Shown here one piece after another: positions 12,896 to 25,800 of a stretch of DNA of 64,000 bases. The notes under the pieces were generated by a model. That model was not told the DNA's origin and made no database searches. It worked only from the letters and a program-made list of their open reading frames with translations. How positions within the stretch are numbered: position 1 is the stretch's first letter; every line of letters starts with the position of its first letter. The DNA comes from Okamejei kenojei. Lineage: Eukaryota. Both the position numbers and the translations under genes were made by a program. The DNA is taken from positions 42,036,001 to 42,100,000 of the forward strand of contig CM069140.1 of the NCBI GenBank assembly GCA_035221665.1, read 5' to 3'.

Positions 12896-13084
12896 TTCTT
12901 ATGTTCTTATTTCACAAAAGTATGATTAATCCACTGGATTGTCTTTTGCATAATTTTAATTTGCTGTCTGAGTAGATGCGGTGCCTATGATGTCTATGTT
13001 GGACTGTAATTAGGCTCTCCCACATTAATTGTGTACATTCCAATTTATTAGAGTGCAATACCAACAGCTATTGGATGCAGAAAA

Positions 13085-13452
13085 CATAAAAATATAAGAA
13101 ATAGAAGCAGGTGTAGGCCATCAAGTCCTTCATGTTCATGTCACCATTCATTAAGTTCATGGCTGAACTTCCACCGCAGCACCATATTCTAACAGAATCC
13201 TCTTAACCTTTGATTCCTTTACTGTTCAGAAACATATCGATCTATGTTTTGAATGGACATAGCAACTGAGCCTCCACTGCCCATCGAGTAAAGATTTATT
13301 CTATAGTGTCGACATCTACTGAGTGAAGACTTTTCTCCCCATCTCCATCCTAAATAGTCTCCCCTGCTCATCCCCCTCCTTATTTCGAAACAGTGCTCCT
13401 GAGACCAGACTCCTCAGCCAGAGGAAACATCTTTCCTACATCTAGTCTGTCA
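13085..13452 (-). mobile_element. Old CR1 3' fragment
   Basis: aagaaatagaagcaggtgtaggccatc... diverged match to the other CR1 tails. Confidence 0.65.
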
Positions 13453-13999
13453 ACCTCAAGGTTACATCAAAGCTGTAATTTAGCTTCAACTTTACATTTC
13501 CACTTTCCATATTATTTCAAGCTTGTAGCATTACAAATTTGACAATAATATCTAAAATTAAAGACAAAAAGTATGAAATTTCCTATAACAATAGCCTTAT
13601 TTTTAAACTGTGGATTAACTAATGAAGGGTGGGCGCAACGCAACCAGCCTTGACATATGTTTGCCAACACTTAGTAAATTAAATGATATATTTTGACAGA
13701 AATGACAGATAGGTTACAACTCATCAGCAATCACCAAAGCCCTGTAAAAGGAGGAGCTGGGGAAAGCAGGGACACAACACCATGCCCTAATAATCATCTA
13801 CTAAAAATGTGACTCTGGATGAACATGCATGTGTTTGCCCAAAACACTTAGGATACACATCTGAGATCTTACAAAAGCCATTAAATTTATCATCCTATGC
13901 ATACTCCAGCTAGCTGATTTTTTTTTTAAATCAAGATTCTAAGGACAACTAATAAGGGTACGAAATGCACAATGGGATGATCGGGCCTAAGAGAGCTTT

Positions 14000-14350
14000 G
14001 AGGAACTGAGGATATACAAGTTCAAGAATCCCTCAAGGTGGCAGCGCAACTAGACAAGATGATAAAGAATGTAAATGTGATACTTGCCTTTATTAGCCAG
14101 AGCATATAATAGAAAAGCAGGGAGTTTAGGGTGCAACTTTATAAAACATTGGTTAGGCCTTGGGTGAACCATACAGTTCTAGTTATTACACTAGAGACTG
14201 ATTGAAATCTGCAAAGCACTGACTGAGGTGTACAAATTGTTCCACAACATTTATGAAATGTCCAGACGAGCACTTGAATTGTCATTGCATAGAAGACCCC
14301 AGACCAAGTATAGATGGATACTGGATGGTCAGCGATTATATGGTGGCTGA
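14000..14350 (+). mobile_element. Old CR1 3' ORF2 fragment
   Basis: cttgcctttattagccagagcat...caactttataaaacattggttaggcc resembles CR1 LAFI.RG.EY..LYKTLVRP. Confidence 0.55.
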
Positions 14351-14827
14351 AAATCTCTGTGAAGAGTTGTTGGAATGTATCTATAGTTCAGAGAGCATCT
14401 GTGATGACAGAAGAGAGATAATATTTCAATTTGTTGATAAATGTCTTCAGAATTATATTACTAAGATCAGAAAAAAGGCAGAAAACATTTGAGACTTACA
14501 GTAGGACTGCACTAGTAATGATAAATTCTATGGAAATAAATGGACAGCTGAAGAGTGGATCAAACCAGGCAGTCCAATCATATTGACAAAGTTGAGAGTT
14601 TGAGTAAATGGTTTAGTCAATGATGTTGAAAGTTACAGAAAGATCGGCAGGGAAGACAGTTCAATATAGTAAACCAGGTTTCTAGTCTACGATGGCACCA
14701 GGGAAGTTTCAGGATGGAGTTTAAGCAAGATAAATACTGATTTCTGAGGCAACAATATAATTAAGAAGAGACACAAGAAACTGCAGATGCTGGAGTCCTG
14801 AGCAAAACAAATATAACAAATTTGAGA

Positions 14828-15312
14828 GTACAGAGGAGATTTACTAGAATGTTGCCTGGGATCCAGCAACTATGTTACAGAGAAAGGTTGAACAGTTAGG
14901 TCTTTATTCTTTGGAGCGCAGAAGGTTAAGGGGGGACTTGATTGAGGTCTTTAAAATGATGAAATGGATAGACAGAGTTGACGTGGATACGCTTTTCCCA
15001 TTAAGGGTAGGGAAGATTCAAACAAGAGGGCATGACATGCGAATTAAGGGACGGAAGTTTAGGGGTAACGTGAGGGGGAACTTCTTTACTCAGAGAGTGG
15101 TGGCTGTGTGGAATGAGCTTCCAGCAGAAGTGGTGGAGGCAGGATCGATTTTAACATTTAAAAGTAAAGTGGATAGGTATATGGACGGGAAGGGAATGGA
15201 GGGGTATGGTCTGAGTGCAGGTAGATGGGACTAGGGGAAAACAAATGGTCCGCACGGACTGGAAGGGCCGAGAGGGCCTGTTTCCATGCTGTAATTGTTA
15301 TATGGTTAAATA
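14828..15312 (+). mobile_element. CR1 LINE 3' end
   Basis: ORF 14872-15234 LGLYSLERRRLRGDLIEVFK...TRGH...FFTQRVV.VWNELP followed by the CR1 3' UTR. Confidence 0.9.
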
Positions 15313-15319
15313 TAAACTC

Positions 15320-15480
15320 ACCCACTGAGTTTCTGCAACATTTTTTGTCTACCTTCATTTGTTCCAGCATCTGCAATTCTTTCTTAACCATTTTGTCTAC
15401 CTTTGACCTGAAATATTGCCTGTCCATAGCCTCTTCAAATGCTGCCTATTCCACTGAGTTCCTTCATTGCTTTGTCTTTT
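15320..15480 (+). mobile_element. Two decayed Penelope-like terminal fragments
   Basis: ctgagtttctgcaacattttttgtctacc...ccagcatctgca and gacctgaaatattgcc...tgctgcct...ctgagttcc. Confidence 0.5.
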
Positions 15481-15749
15481 GAATAAGATTTGGCAACTTG
15501 ACAAGCCAAGCAGAATTAGTTATGTAATGGGAGAGTGCAAGAAAAGAAGGGTTAAATGATTGAAGAAAGTGAGAGATTAAAAGGGCCTACAGATCGGAAC
15601 CCATTTATGATATCATCAAGCCTGGATCCCAAGAAATTAAGTGGTCAGCAGATTTGCAGAGAGAAGGTCGAAAAAGCAACAGGTGAATCTAGTGTAGAAA
15701 GTAGACAGAAATGAGAGAAGGGCATGTACTCAAGGCTCAGCATAGAAGA

Positions 15750-16495
15750 ATGTGTAGAAAGGAACTGCTGATGCTGGATTATACTGAAGATGGACACACA
15801 GGTCTGGAGTAACTCAGTGGGTCGGGCAGCATCTCTGGAGAAAAAGGATGGGTGATGTTTCGGGTCAGGAACCTTCTTCAGATTGAAAGTAGAGGTGAGG
15901 GAACTGGCCACTATATAGGAGCCCACACCTGTGCTGAGATGGGGCAGAGGTTCACTTGCATCTCCTCCAACCTCATCTACTGTATCCTTTGTTCGCGGTG
16001 TGGGATCCCATATATCAGCTCAGTTCGCTTTGGCTTACGCAATCTCCTGGTTCAAAACATTTTAACTTCCTTTCCCATTCCCATACTGACCTTGCTGTCC
16101 TGAGCCTCCTCCACTGTCAAAATGAGGCCACACACAAATTGGAGGAAATGCACCTCAAATTTTGCTTGGGCAGCTTACAACTCAGCAATATCAATATTGA
16201 TTTCTCTCATTTCAAGTAACCCAGCATTCCCACTGCCCTCCCCTAGTCGTCCTACTAGTTCCACTGTTCACATCCTTGTATACCTTCATTCTCACCTTTT
16301 CCCCAGCCAACAATGGGCCATCATAGGTTCTACCATTCCTTGGTCATGTGTTACTGGCCCTGTTTTGTTCTGTCCTTATCCCACCTCCAGTTTACTTTCA
16401 GTCTGAAGAAGAGTCTGACCCGAAACATCGCCCATCCTCTTTCTCCAGACCCGCTGCCTGATCCGATGAGTTATTCCAGCACTTTGTCTATCTTC
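15750..16495 (+). mobile_element. Penelope-like element: inverted terminal copy + GIY-YIG endonuclease remnant + terminal repeat
   Basis: QRFTCISSNLIYCILCSRCGIPYI (GIY-YIG signature region) and HFN..SHSHTDLAVLSLLHCQNEATHKLEEMHLKFCLGSLQ...IDFSHFK; hammerhead-like cores at ~15851-15882 (-) and 16403-16429 (+). Confidence 0.88.
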
Positions 16496-16539
16496 AGCAT
16501 GAAAGAACCTTGGCCATAGATTTATAAATATTATTATAG

Positions 16540-16692
16540 ATTTATATTTATAATTATATTTATATAATGGTATATGGACACACTGATCTGTTCTGTATTC
16601 ATGCCTGCTTTGTTCTGGTGTGCTGAAGCAAAGCAAGAATTCAATGTCCTATCAGACACATGACAATAAACGCTTTTGAACGAACTTGAACG
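16540..16692 (+). mobile_element. Probable LINE 3' UTR remnant
   Basis: ...caagaattcaatgtcct...acatgacaataaa followed by ttgaac-type tail; layout like the Rex1 tail at 12800-12895. Confidence 0.45.
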
Positions 16693-17647
16693 TGCCCTCT
16701 ATGTGGCTCTGCTCATATTACAAAATTATGATACAAATAACTTCATTTGTTTCCACTATGGGACAATGTTTTCCTTTCAATGGATTTTGATAAAGAAGGT
16801 GCTATTTGACTGCTGGAAGGCAATTCTGAATGGGACCTAGAAAACTGCATTTTTTCCATACATATTTTTTTCCAAAACCATCTTAAAATAAATAGTTGGT
16901 GATGAATAACTTAAACAAAACATCAGTTTTCGAATCTGTCATGTATTTCCTCTCTCCTGCCTGCATTGATCCCTAACCAAATGACCCATGAGCCTATTTG
17001 TTTTCCACATGATTTGTTAGCAGTGTTAAAAGAGCGCCACTTACTGTCATCCTTACCGACATGCTTGCCCTATCCTCAACTTCGGTAAAGATCCGTCAGC
17101 GTACCTTTGAAATATGCCATCACTCTTTCCATTAGATGTTTTCTCTCTCTCTCTAATAACACTGAATGCCTAGTTTAAGTGTGATGGGCATTACAACATT
17201 AACCGCGGATCAATGATGAACGTTTCAGTTGAAGTGAAATTGCAAATGTTTGGCAAAACTGTGGCAATTGGGTTATTAAAATTCTCAGATTGTTCATTAA
17301 AGGACAGATGCAGATAATCAAAATATGATTGCTTCAGTTTTGTATCCAACAATCTCATGTATATTTTTATGATGCGCGAACATAAGGCGCACCAAGCTTA
17401 GGTCTTTCAATTATGGATCAATATTCCAGACTGTGGAAGTGACAATTTAAAATAAAAGATAATTTAAAAGGACAGCAAGTTAAATTTGTTGTATCTGAGC
17501 ATCATCTGCAAGCGGCCTATAACCAATGTCAGGACAAACGCGGACCGCGCTCCAAGCTGCATTTTAAGAGCATCAGCGCAAACGGCGTTAACACATTTAC
17601 TGTTATTTATCTATTATTGCAACCTCGTCAAACGCGCTTAGACGTAA

Positions 17648-17652
<5 letters not shown>

Positions 17653-17679
<27 letters not shown>
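17653..17679. repeat. (TA)n microsatellite
   Basis: Direct reading. Confidence 0.9.
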
Positions 17680-18498
17680 TTTAATGCATTTTAAGTAATT
17701 GCACCAAAACTGTTTGCTGGCTTAGAACGTGGTGCCTTCAAACCACATCGTAAACTCTCGATGCTGTAATGAACAACAAGTGGGCGCATTAGCAGCTGAT
17801 GTCATTACTGGTGTTCGCTCCTTTCATCGCCGAAGTGTAGATGTCGTTTTGAAAAGAATGAGTGATCAGTGTGTTGGGGAATCAGAGGAATAGACCAATA
17901 ACAAAGGATAACACAGCGACCCTTATTGTTTCCCGTGGTAAGCGATCATGAACTATACATTTAGTTACTAAAAATATATATATACTTAATTTGGTCCTGG
18001 AATGCTTTAAATAAACATGATTGGAAGTCGAGGTAGAATATTACACAATGGAACCACAATAATCTGAATTTGTTTCGGCGATAGGTTTTTTCTGGGTAAT
18101 TATGTTTCAATATCTACTACTTAAATGTGAGTTTCCTGATTTGAAACACACGCTGTTTATTTATCAAGCTCAATTTTCGGCCAAAATCTGCGCTTATTTA
18201 TATGAAATTTGGGTATGGGTTCTCTGTTTATTTACATGAGCGTTGTTCCGACGATGTTGTATTTAACGTTCCTGATTGCCCAGCATCATTCTGTTAGCCC
18301 AGTGTCATCGGGTTCCGCCAATTCAACTGCAATATGCAAACATATCATTTTCTAAAACAATAAACCGTATTGATCGCAGAACGATCGCTGGACGTTGGCC
18401 AATTCGCCTCGTAGTTTGCGAAATTCGTCAATTACTCCGTTGGGGCATCGGAAAATAGGCCGTTATCTTTCCCTTTGCGACCACGAGGTTCCCGCAGG

Positions 18499-18925
18499 CT
18501 CAGCGGGACAGGCAGCATCACCTGAGATGAATGGGTGACGTTTCGCGTCGAAACCCTTCAGACTAGAGTCAGTGGAAATGGGAAACTAGAGTTAGAGACG
18601 GTGTTGTAGAGAGATAGAGAACACATGAATGAAAGACATGCAAAAAAATAATTATAATAAAACTACGATGATAAAGGAAACAGGCCATTGTTGTTTCCTT
18701 TATCATCGTTACTTTTTAGCAAATCTTTAATTCATTAGTTCTATATCACTCTTCATCCCGGTCAATATCAGTCGTTTCCCTTTCCCCTGACTAGTCTGAA
18801 GAAGGGTCTCGACCTGAAAAGTCACCCATTCCTTCTCTCCTGAGATGCTGCCTGTCCCGTTGAGTTACTCTAGCATGTGTGCCTATCTTCGGTTTAAACT
18901 AGCATCTGCAGTTCCTCCCTACACA
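18499..18925. mobile_element. Fold-back (palindromic) Penelope-like 3' end
   Basis: Left arm matches 152-265, right arm is its reverse complement; centre acgatgataaaggaaaca-ggccattgt-tgtttcctttatcatcgt near 18686. Confidence 0.8.
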
Positions 18926-19979
18926 TTTCGTCCTGCATGCTTATACCTCCGATGTCTATTAGGAGGTATATTTCGGTTTTGTGAGACTCTTGTTGGTTCT
19001 TTTTGCCATCTTTTAGTTTCATTGGGTCGTGGGACTACCATAATATCCAGCACCCACATATGTTCATTATTGTTGATGAAAACACCAAGATGATGGAATC
19101 AACCTAACTGGTCCATCGAAATAGGCCGATAAGTAATGTAATGTAACTGAATGTAACGAAGGGTGTTTGTAGTGGATCAGAAAGGTCACTCTACAAACAA
19201 ATATGGAATATGAAGGAAACTGCGAAAGAACAGTTTACTCTCCATGCCAGTAACTTATCGTCATGCAGATGAACAGTGTCGTTTTTGTGGAGAGAGATGC
19301 CACACTCCATAGTAATCACTCCTGGGCTAAACTCCTCGTGTACTTTGTTCTTAGCAATGCCAAATAACAGTAAACGAAACTGGCGTTCATCTCGTTAACT
19401 AAAATAAACGTGAACTCATCTGCCCCCCCCCCCCCCCCCCCATTCGTGGCCTGCAGCCTGAATACGCGTTACTACCAGCGAAATGCTTCCGAATACAGTG
19501 TTTCTTGTGACAAACCAATCTTAACCCCACCCCCACACTAGTGTTTGTAAATTAACCCCAACTGTCATTGTCATCTAAATTGGTCAGCATTACAATGAAC
19601 ACGTCTTATGTGATAACGTGAATGTAAGGTAAATCAACTTTCTTCGTAAAAACTGACACTTAATTTAGCGTTTACCCTCCTCTGCCTCCCATACGTTTTC
19701 TCCTCCCCACCACTCCCGCCCTCTCTCTCTCTCTCTCTAACTAACTAACACACACAGACACGTGCAAACGTTTTAAGTTGCAGTTAACATGTGTCAAAAT
19801 CGTATCTGTTCTGACTACTGGTAAGTCCTCAGATTTCAGTCACACTGGCAACAGAAGACGTCTGCGCATTTCGCTGTTTTTTGAAGTAGACAATGATAGG
19901 ACTGTATATATAAACCTATATATATATAATTTCAGAACTGTGGAGAGAAAACAACCTGTTGAACTTTTTTTTAAAATGG

Positions 19980-20305
19980 AATTCCTTTCCTCCAGAAATG
20001 CTGCCCGACCCGCTGAGTTACTCCAGCATCTTATGTCTATCCAGAGCAGTACAACTCTTGTCACGTCTTAACAGATCACCTGGAAAGGTTCAGAGCTAAT
20101 ATATAGATTAATCCCAGCAACTGATACACGGGTCCCTGCTCGCCTTTCATAGAGTGAAATAATGGAGTGAGAGATCTGTGTAGGAAGGAACTGATGCTGT
20201 TTTAAGCCGAAGAGAAGGGGCTCGACCCGAAACGTCACCCATTCCATCTCTCCAGAGATGCTGCCTGTCCCGCTGAGTTACTCCAACTTTTTGTGTCCAT
20301 CTTCC
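19980..20305 (+). mobile_element. Two Penelope-like terminal fragments (19980-20040, 20177-20305)
   Basis: atgctgcccgacccgctgagttactccagc; gggctcgacccgaaacgtcacccattcc...ctgagttactcc. Confidence 0.75.
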
Positions 20306-22580
20306 GCGTGAAATAGATCGATGCTTTGGAGCACAAAGTACTCCGCCCTCAGATACTGCTGAGGCCAGCGGTTTCAGAACAGCCTGGTATTAGAGTCGCC
20401 GATCAAATGGTCGCATTCTCACTCAGACACACATTCATTCATGAAGGGTGGCATCCACTCATTCATATTCATGTCCACACTTTCACGCTGCAAATATACA
20501 CCTTCATACTATATAGCCACTCAAGTGGCAATCATTAATACACACCGAAAGCCACTTCCATTTACAGACGACCTCAATTTCAAAGATTTTTTTCACGAAT
20601 TCGGGCGTGTACATTTTCTAAAAACTCATGCACTTAGACACACGAGGACGCGCACCAGCGGCCAGGCCCAAGCAAACTCACGCGGGCGCGCCCCCATTGC
20701 CTCCCCAAGCAAAGGACCAAGCTTTCTCTGGCTCCCACACGTACACATCACATTTTCTCTCTTGTACACTCTCAAACACACAGGCGTAAACATGCCTTTC
20801 TTTCTTTCGCGCACACAATCCCCCGTATACCCACACAAACACTGCCTCACACATCAGCACACATTCTTTTCATGTAAACACGCACATGCACACAATACAC
20901 GCAAGTTCATAAGCAAAAAAAAAAAGCCCACTCCTCGCCCCAGCCTCCCACACCAGGCTTTCATAGTCCCGCATCATTCCTGTAATGTGCAGTACTGTGA
21001 ATTTGTCTCTGCCTCTTAGGGGCGCTCTGGCTCTCGAATTATAAAACAATTCCGAACCTCTTCACTGTTTTTATTACCGCACTATCATATTAAATGAGCA
21101 AAATCTCATGGACACGTGGATCTCTACCTGTAAGTCTATCTTCATAGGTCGGAAATTGGGCAATCACAACGGAAGAAAAGCTAAAATAATATATATTATT
21201 ATAAAACCAAGTTATCCAACATAAAACAAATCTCTTATCAATGCACCCACAATTTCAAATGCAATACTTTACTGTCAATAACTTGCAAAGAAAAAATACA
21301 ATTGGACAAATTACTAAAATGCGTAACACAAATATGAAACCAGCTCTCTGTTCTAGTCAAATATAAAGGGCTTATCCAATTCCTCCATTGCAGGAAACTA
21401 AAATTATAACAACAAATTACAAAATATCGAAATACATCAACATTTCAAAGATTGCCAATAAACCCGCCATCTATACACTCGGTGGTCGGCGGTTTTCTGT
21501 ATCAACAGAATATATCAAATATATACCAGATGTAATTCTAAATTTTAGGTATTTCTGGATAAGTCTAGTATATACCAGCATTTATGAGTTATTATTTCTT
21601 ACCCATACTCTCTCTTTGAAAATAGTACGTGCATTCGTTAATTCGGATAGTTTTTCATTTGCAATCTGTATACAGCAATCAATGCGGGCGATTCAGCCTA
21701 ATACCTGTTTATGCTCTTATTCAGGATGATTTGCGACTTGATTTACCCCTACACAATTAAAAAGCCATATTGTCGTATTGCAAGAGTTCTTTGACCTCAC
21801 GACATCTGTGGTGTTAACAAATGCATCTACTTTTGGTTTATAATAATTCGCTTTTAAATTGATTGCAGAAACAACATTATATCATTCAGCCTGAATTAAA
21901 TGATGTAATATTTCAGGTATGAAAAAATATCAGAAGTCATAGGATCTTTAATGTGATAAATTTGCGAGAATGGCTGACGTGTATCTATTTGTGGATGTGG
22001 GGAGGAATATATATATATAATATCAACAGTGACGCTATTACGCAAATTTAAATTACAAAACGTAGGTTTGTATTCGAATATATTCGGGACAGCGTGCACA
22101 ACTTTCCATTTGGATTTTAATGTGCACATTTTTACCGGCACAACTGTGGATAGTGGCATTTAGATGGCATTCCAAAGCTGATGAAATCAGACCAATAAGA
22201 GCAACGTAACAAATGGCACCAACTATATTTTACAAAAAAATACATTCTGATAAAAGCATCCTATGCTCTGTGTTCTGAAACATCTCTAAACTAAAGAACA
22301 CTTTCATTCCAGAAAAATAGAATACTTTTTTTCCCACAAAAAAAATATAATGCATCAGATATTTAAATAGATATTGAGAAACTACCTACAAAAATGATCC
22401 ACCTGTGATATCAAAATACTGAAGAAAACGTAAAAATGGAGACCGTTCAAATTTTCCACGGTCTTTAAATAATATCAGGACTTGTATTTTCTGGGTTTTT
22501 TTTAATTTAAGTATGGTTAAGAATAATTGTCCTGAGATTGAACCAGATGTATTACAGATTATTCCACGAATGCTATTGCA

Positions 22581-22898
22581 TCCAGAACAAGGGGTCACAG
22601 TCCAAGGATAAGGGGGAATTCCTTTAGGACCGAGATGAGGAAAACATTTTTCACACAGAGAGTGGTGAGTCCCTGGAATTATCTGCCACAGAAGGTAGTT
22701 GAGGCCAGTTCATTGGCTATATTTAAGAGGGAGTTAGATGTTGCCCTTGTGGCTAAAGGGATCAGGGGGTATGGAGAGAAGGCAGGTACAGGATACTGAG
22801 TTGGATGATCAGCCATGATCATATTGAATGGCGGTGCTGGCTCGAAGGGCCGAATGGCCTACTCCTGCACCTATTTTCTATGTTTCTATGTTTCTATG
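22581..22898 (+). mobile_element. CR1 LINE 3' end
   Basis: Reverse complement of the tails at 3370 and 47913; ends in (TTTCTATG)3. Confidence 0.92.
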
Positions 22899-25800
22899 TA
22901 TCCATGTAAATAAAATATAACATTAGTATAAAATTAAACATTTTAAAATTATGTGTTCAAATAAACATCTATCAGATTGTAAATAAAGTATTGCAGGCTG
23001 GTATCCAGCGCATAAAACCTTATTTATAATTAGTAATAGGAGCAGAAGCTTTTTATTTTTATATTTGCCGCAAGGAAATACTGTTAAACATTATTTTGGA
23101 GTAATGATGACCTGCAACGAACACTGTTTCAAGTGCTCCCAAATTTTCCCCAAGTAACTGGACGCTAAATATAATCTACAATATACTGTAGTTAAATAAT
23201 ATTCACTGCAGACCAGTGTAACCGAGCTCTCATATTGGTTGCTCAGTTAATTATAATAATCGAGATTTTTATGAAAAATAATTTATAAATTGCATTGTGC
23301 AATATTTAAGCAACAAACGGGATTTTTTTAAAATAAAATGTATTGCTGGACCTCGTGGCCTGAAAGTTCCTCAACCATATTGGATGTTGGTGTTTCGCAG
23401 TTTTAACTTGATACTTTTTTGCTGCTACCTGCGCGCTAGTCCTTTATTTTTATAGTCTGTGTTGAGGTTTTGATATAATCATTCGCCATCGTTTTCTTTC
23501 CATCTGTAGCTCGTTTGAATCTATTATTATTTCCTGACATTTGATTTGATTGAGAGTCTAATTGTAACGATCCTGGTAGTTCTTTATTGGAATAGTTTAG
23601 CAAGACGTCAGTGGAATTATTCCTACTGCTGTAATATTAACAAATCGTTCTCCTTTCATCATGCAATGTCGGATTTACTTATAGTGTTTTTATTAAATAT
23701 AACGATTAATTTTCAAATGAAAAATAGTTATAGAAAAATGCCTAAAATAGTCACCTGTCGTCTCATTCTGTATCAGGTACATTAAATCCCTTCTCAGTTC
23801 GAATGTGTTTTTTTTTCTGATCCTTAGCAGCTAAACTATTTCTAAACGTACTGATTCAACATCGACGTGAAAAAAAGGCTAAACGAAGCAAATAAACGAA
23901 ATCAAATGAAATAATTAAATCAGATTTCACCGACAGTGTATTTACTTTAAATCAGATTATGATATAGGCAGGTCGGGGTACATGCTAATCTTTTTTTCGA
24001 TGTTGGCAATAAAGTATCGGGAGGTGGTAATCATGGACTAATCTAGTGCGGCAATTCCTCATCTCCAAGCGCACAGCAGCCACATTTAAATGTGAAAAGT
24101 ATTAGCATGAATAACAAAATAACTTAATTGTATAATTGGAACAATTTCGTATCTCATCCAGTTTTAGTCTAAACCTGAGATCAGATAACTAAATCCACTT
24201 TTTATTTTTGATTTTATAGGTTAACCACTACGAAAAATAACGAAAATTAGCTAGAGTAGCATTGATAAGCTACACAATTAGTACGTACATGTATTGTAAG
24301 AATATTAACAGTATAATGCCGCGGGTGTAGATTAAAACATGCTGTTTGTATAATCTTAGCGTCACTGTAAGTAATGTCCCGGTGGATGTAGTTTGATATT
24401 GCGACAAATTATGAATAAAATAAATATAGAAAATGTATAATGTAGTTGCTGCTTTCGTAGTTTGTTCGTAACTATTATTAGAAGTAGTCCTCAGGAATAC
24501 AGTGCCATATTTATATTTAGATTACTCGGTATATTAGTTCCAGTATATTTGAAAGCAAGCACATTTGAATGTTGCAATAACTTTCATGTAATTCGAGCAC
24601 CAACTTATTATAAACTAGTCAGTGCTACTTGTAGGGGTATACATTGAAATCAGAGGTTTATCCAAAAAGCTAAATTTGGCCATTCCCCTTTGGTTACAAA
24701 TTGGTTATGTATCCTCAATCTCCTGCTGCTAAAAACGAATTTAAAACTTGTCTTTGAATGAACGAAAACAAAAACATTAAATACATATTTAAATATTTTG
24801 TCTACTTCTGAAATTTGATGTGGTGGGTATTACTATTAACACCCTCAAGGCGTTTACATATTTCACTTTTTTAATATTGGACCTCCAATTTTTTCTTACC
24901 TCCGAGTTTTTCCATAATGGATCACAGATCAATTTTGGAGCAGTCAATGTCTTGTCATAATTGTTTTATTGTTTAGGTTTTGAAGTTTGCAGAATTAAAA
25001 TTAGTTCTCACCTCGTGGTTAAAATCGATTCACATTCTGATGGTTAAATACCTTAATTGTCATTATCACATCCCTCCCTCTTATGGTCATCTGTTCGTCT
25101 TATTTAAAGAATAAATAAATGAATCTGCTCATCTTTGAATTTGGGGATTAATTTTCAAATATTATTTTATTACCCACTTATGAAAATTATTTTCTTAAAT
25201 ATGCAGAACTGGAAACTGAGAAATAATCAATTCGAATGAATTCTGTCAAAAATAAAGGCAGCAAGATGCAAAATTCCGCCAAGAGTTCCGACAATGGATG
25301 CTTTTAATTTTAACTCTCATGAAAGGAGTATAATATCTAAGACCATTTATTAGTTATAGTTCCGTTTATTATGGAAGATTGAACATTTGTAACTATTGTT
25401 GAAGAGCGACAATACACAATCAGAGGTTGCATAATTCATAGCCATATTGGCAAGTGTTAAATAATAATCTTTCAAATAAATGTCTGAACAAGGAAACCTA
25501 GCAGAATTAATAACAACATTATATAGTTACCAATGCAATCTTTCATTTAATTAATGCAGATCTAAATATCGATTCTTCAAACTTCTTTTTGCAGACAGCT
25601 ATTTATATAGCCATATGTGGTTGTTTAAAGGTCGCAAATATTAACTTTACTTAAGGAACACGTAACTTTTAATATTTCCCATTCGATCATATGTTGAAAT
25701 CGTTGACTACACCGACTCAATTTGAACATGGATATTTTCTCTTTGAAACGTAAATCACATTTGGTTTGTATTTGACACCATGAGAAAAGGTTCATATTGA

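Noticed and set aside
20441-21019. 192-aa ORF
   Set aside because: His/Thr-rich translation of CA-rich low-complexity DNA, no recognisable domain.
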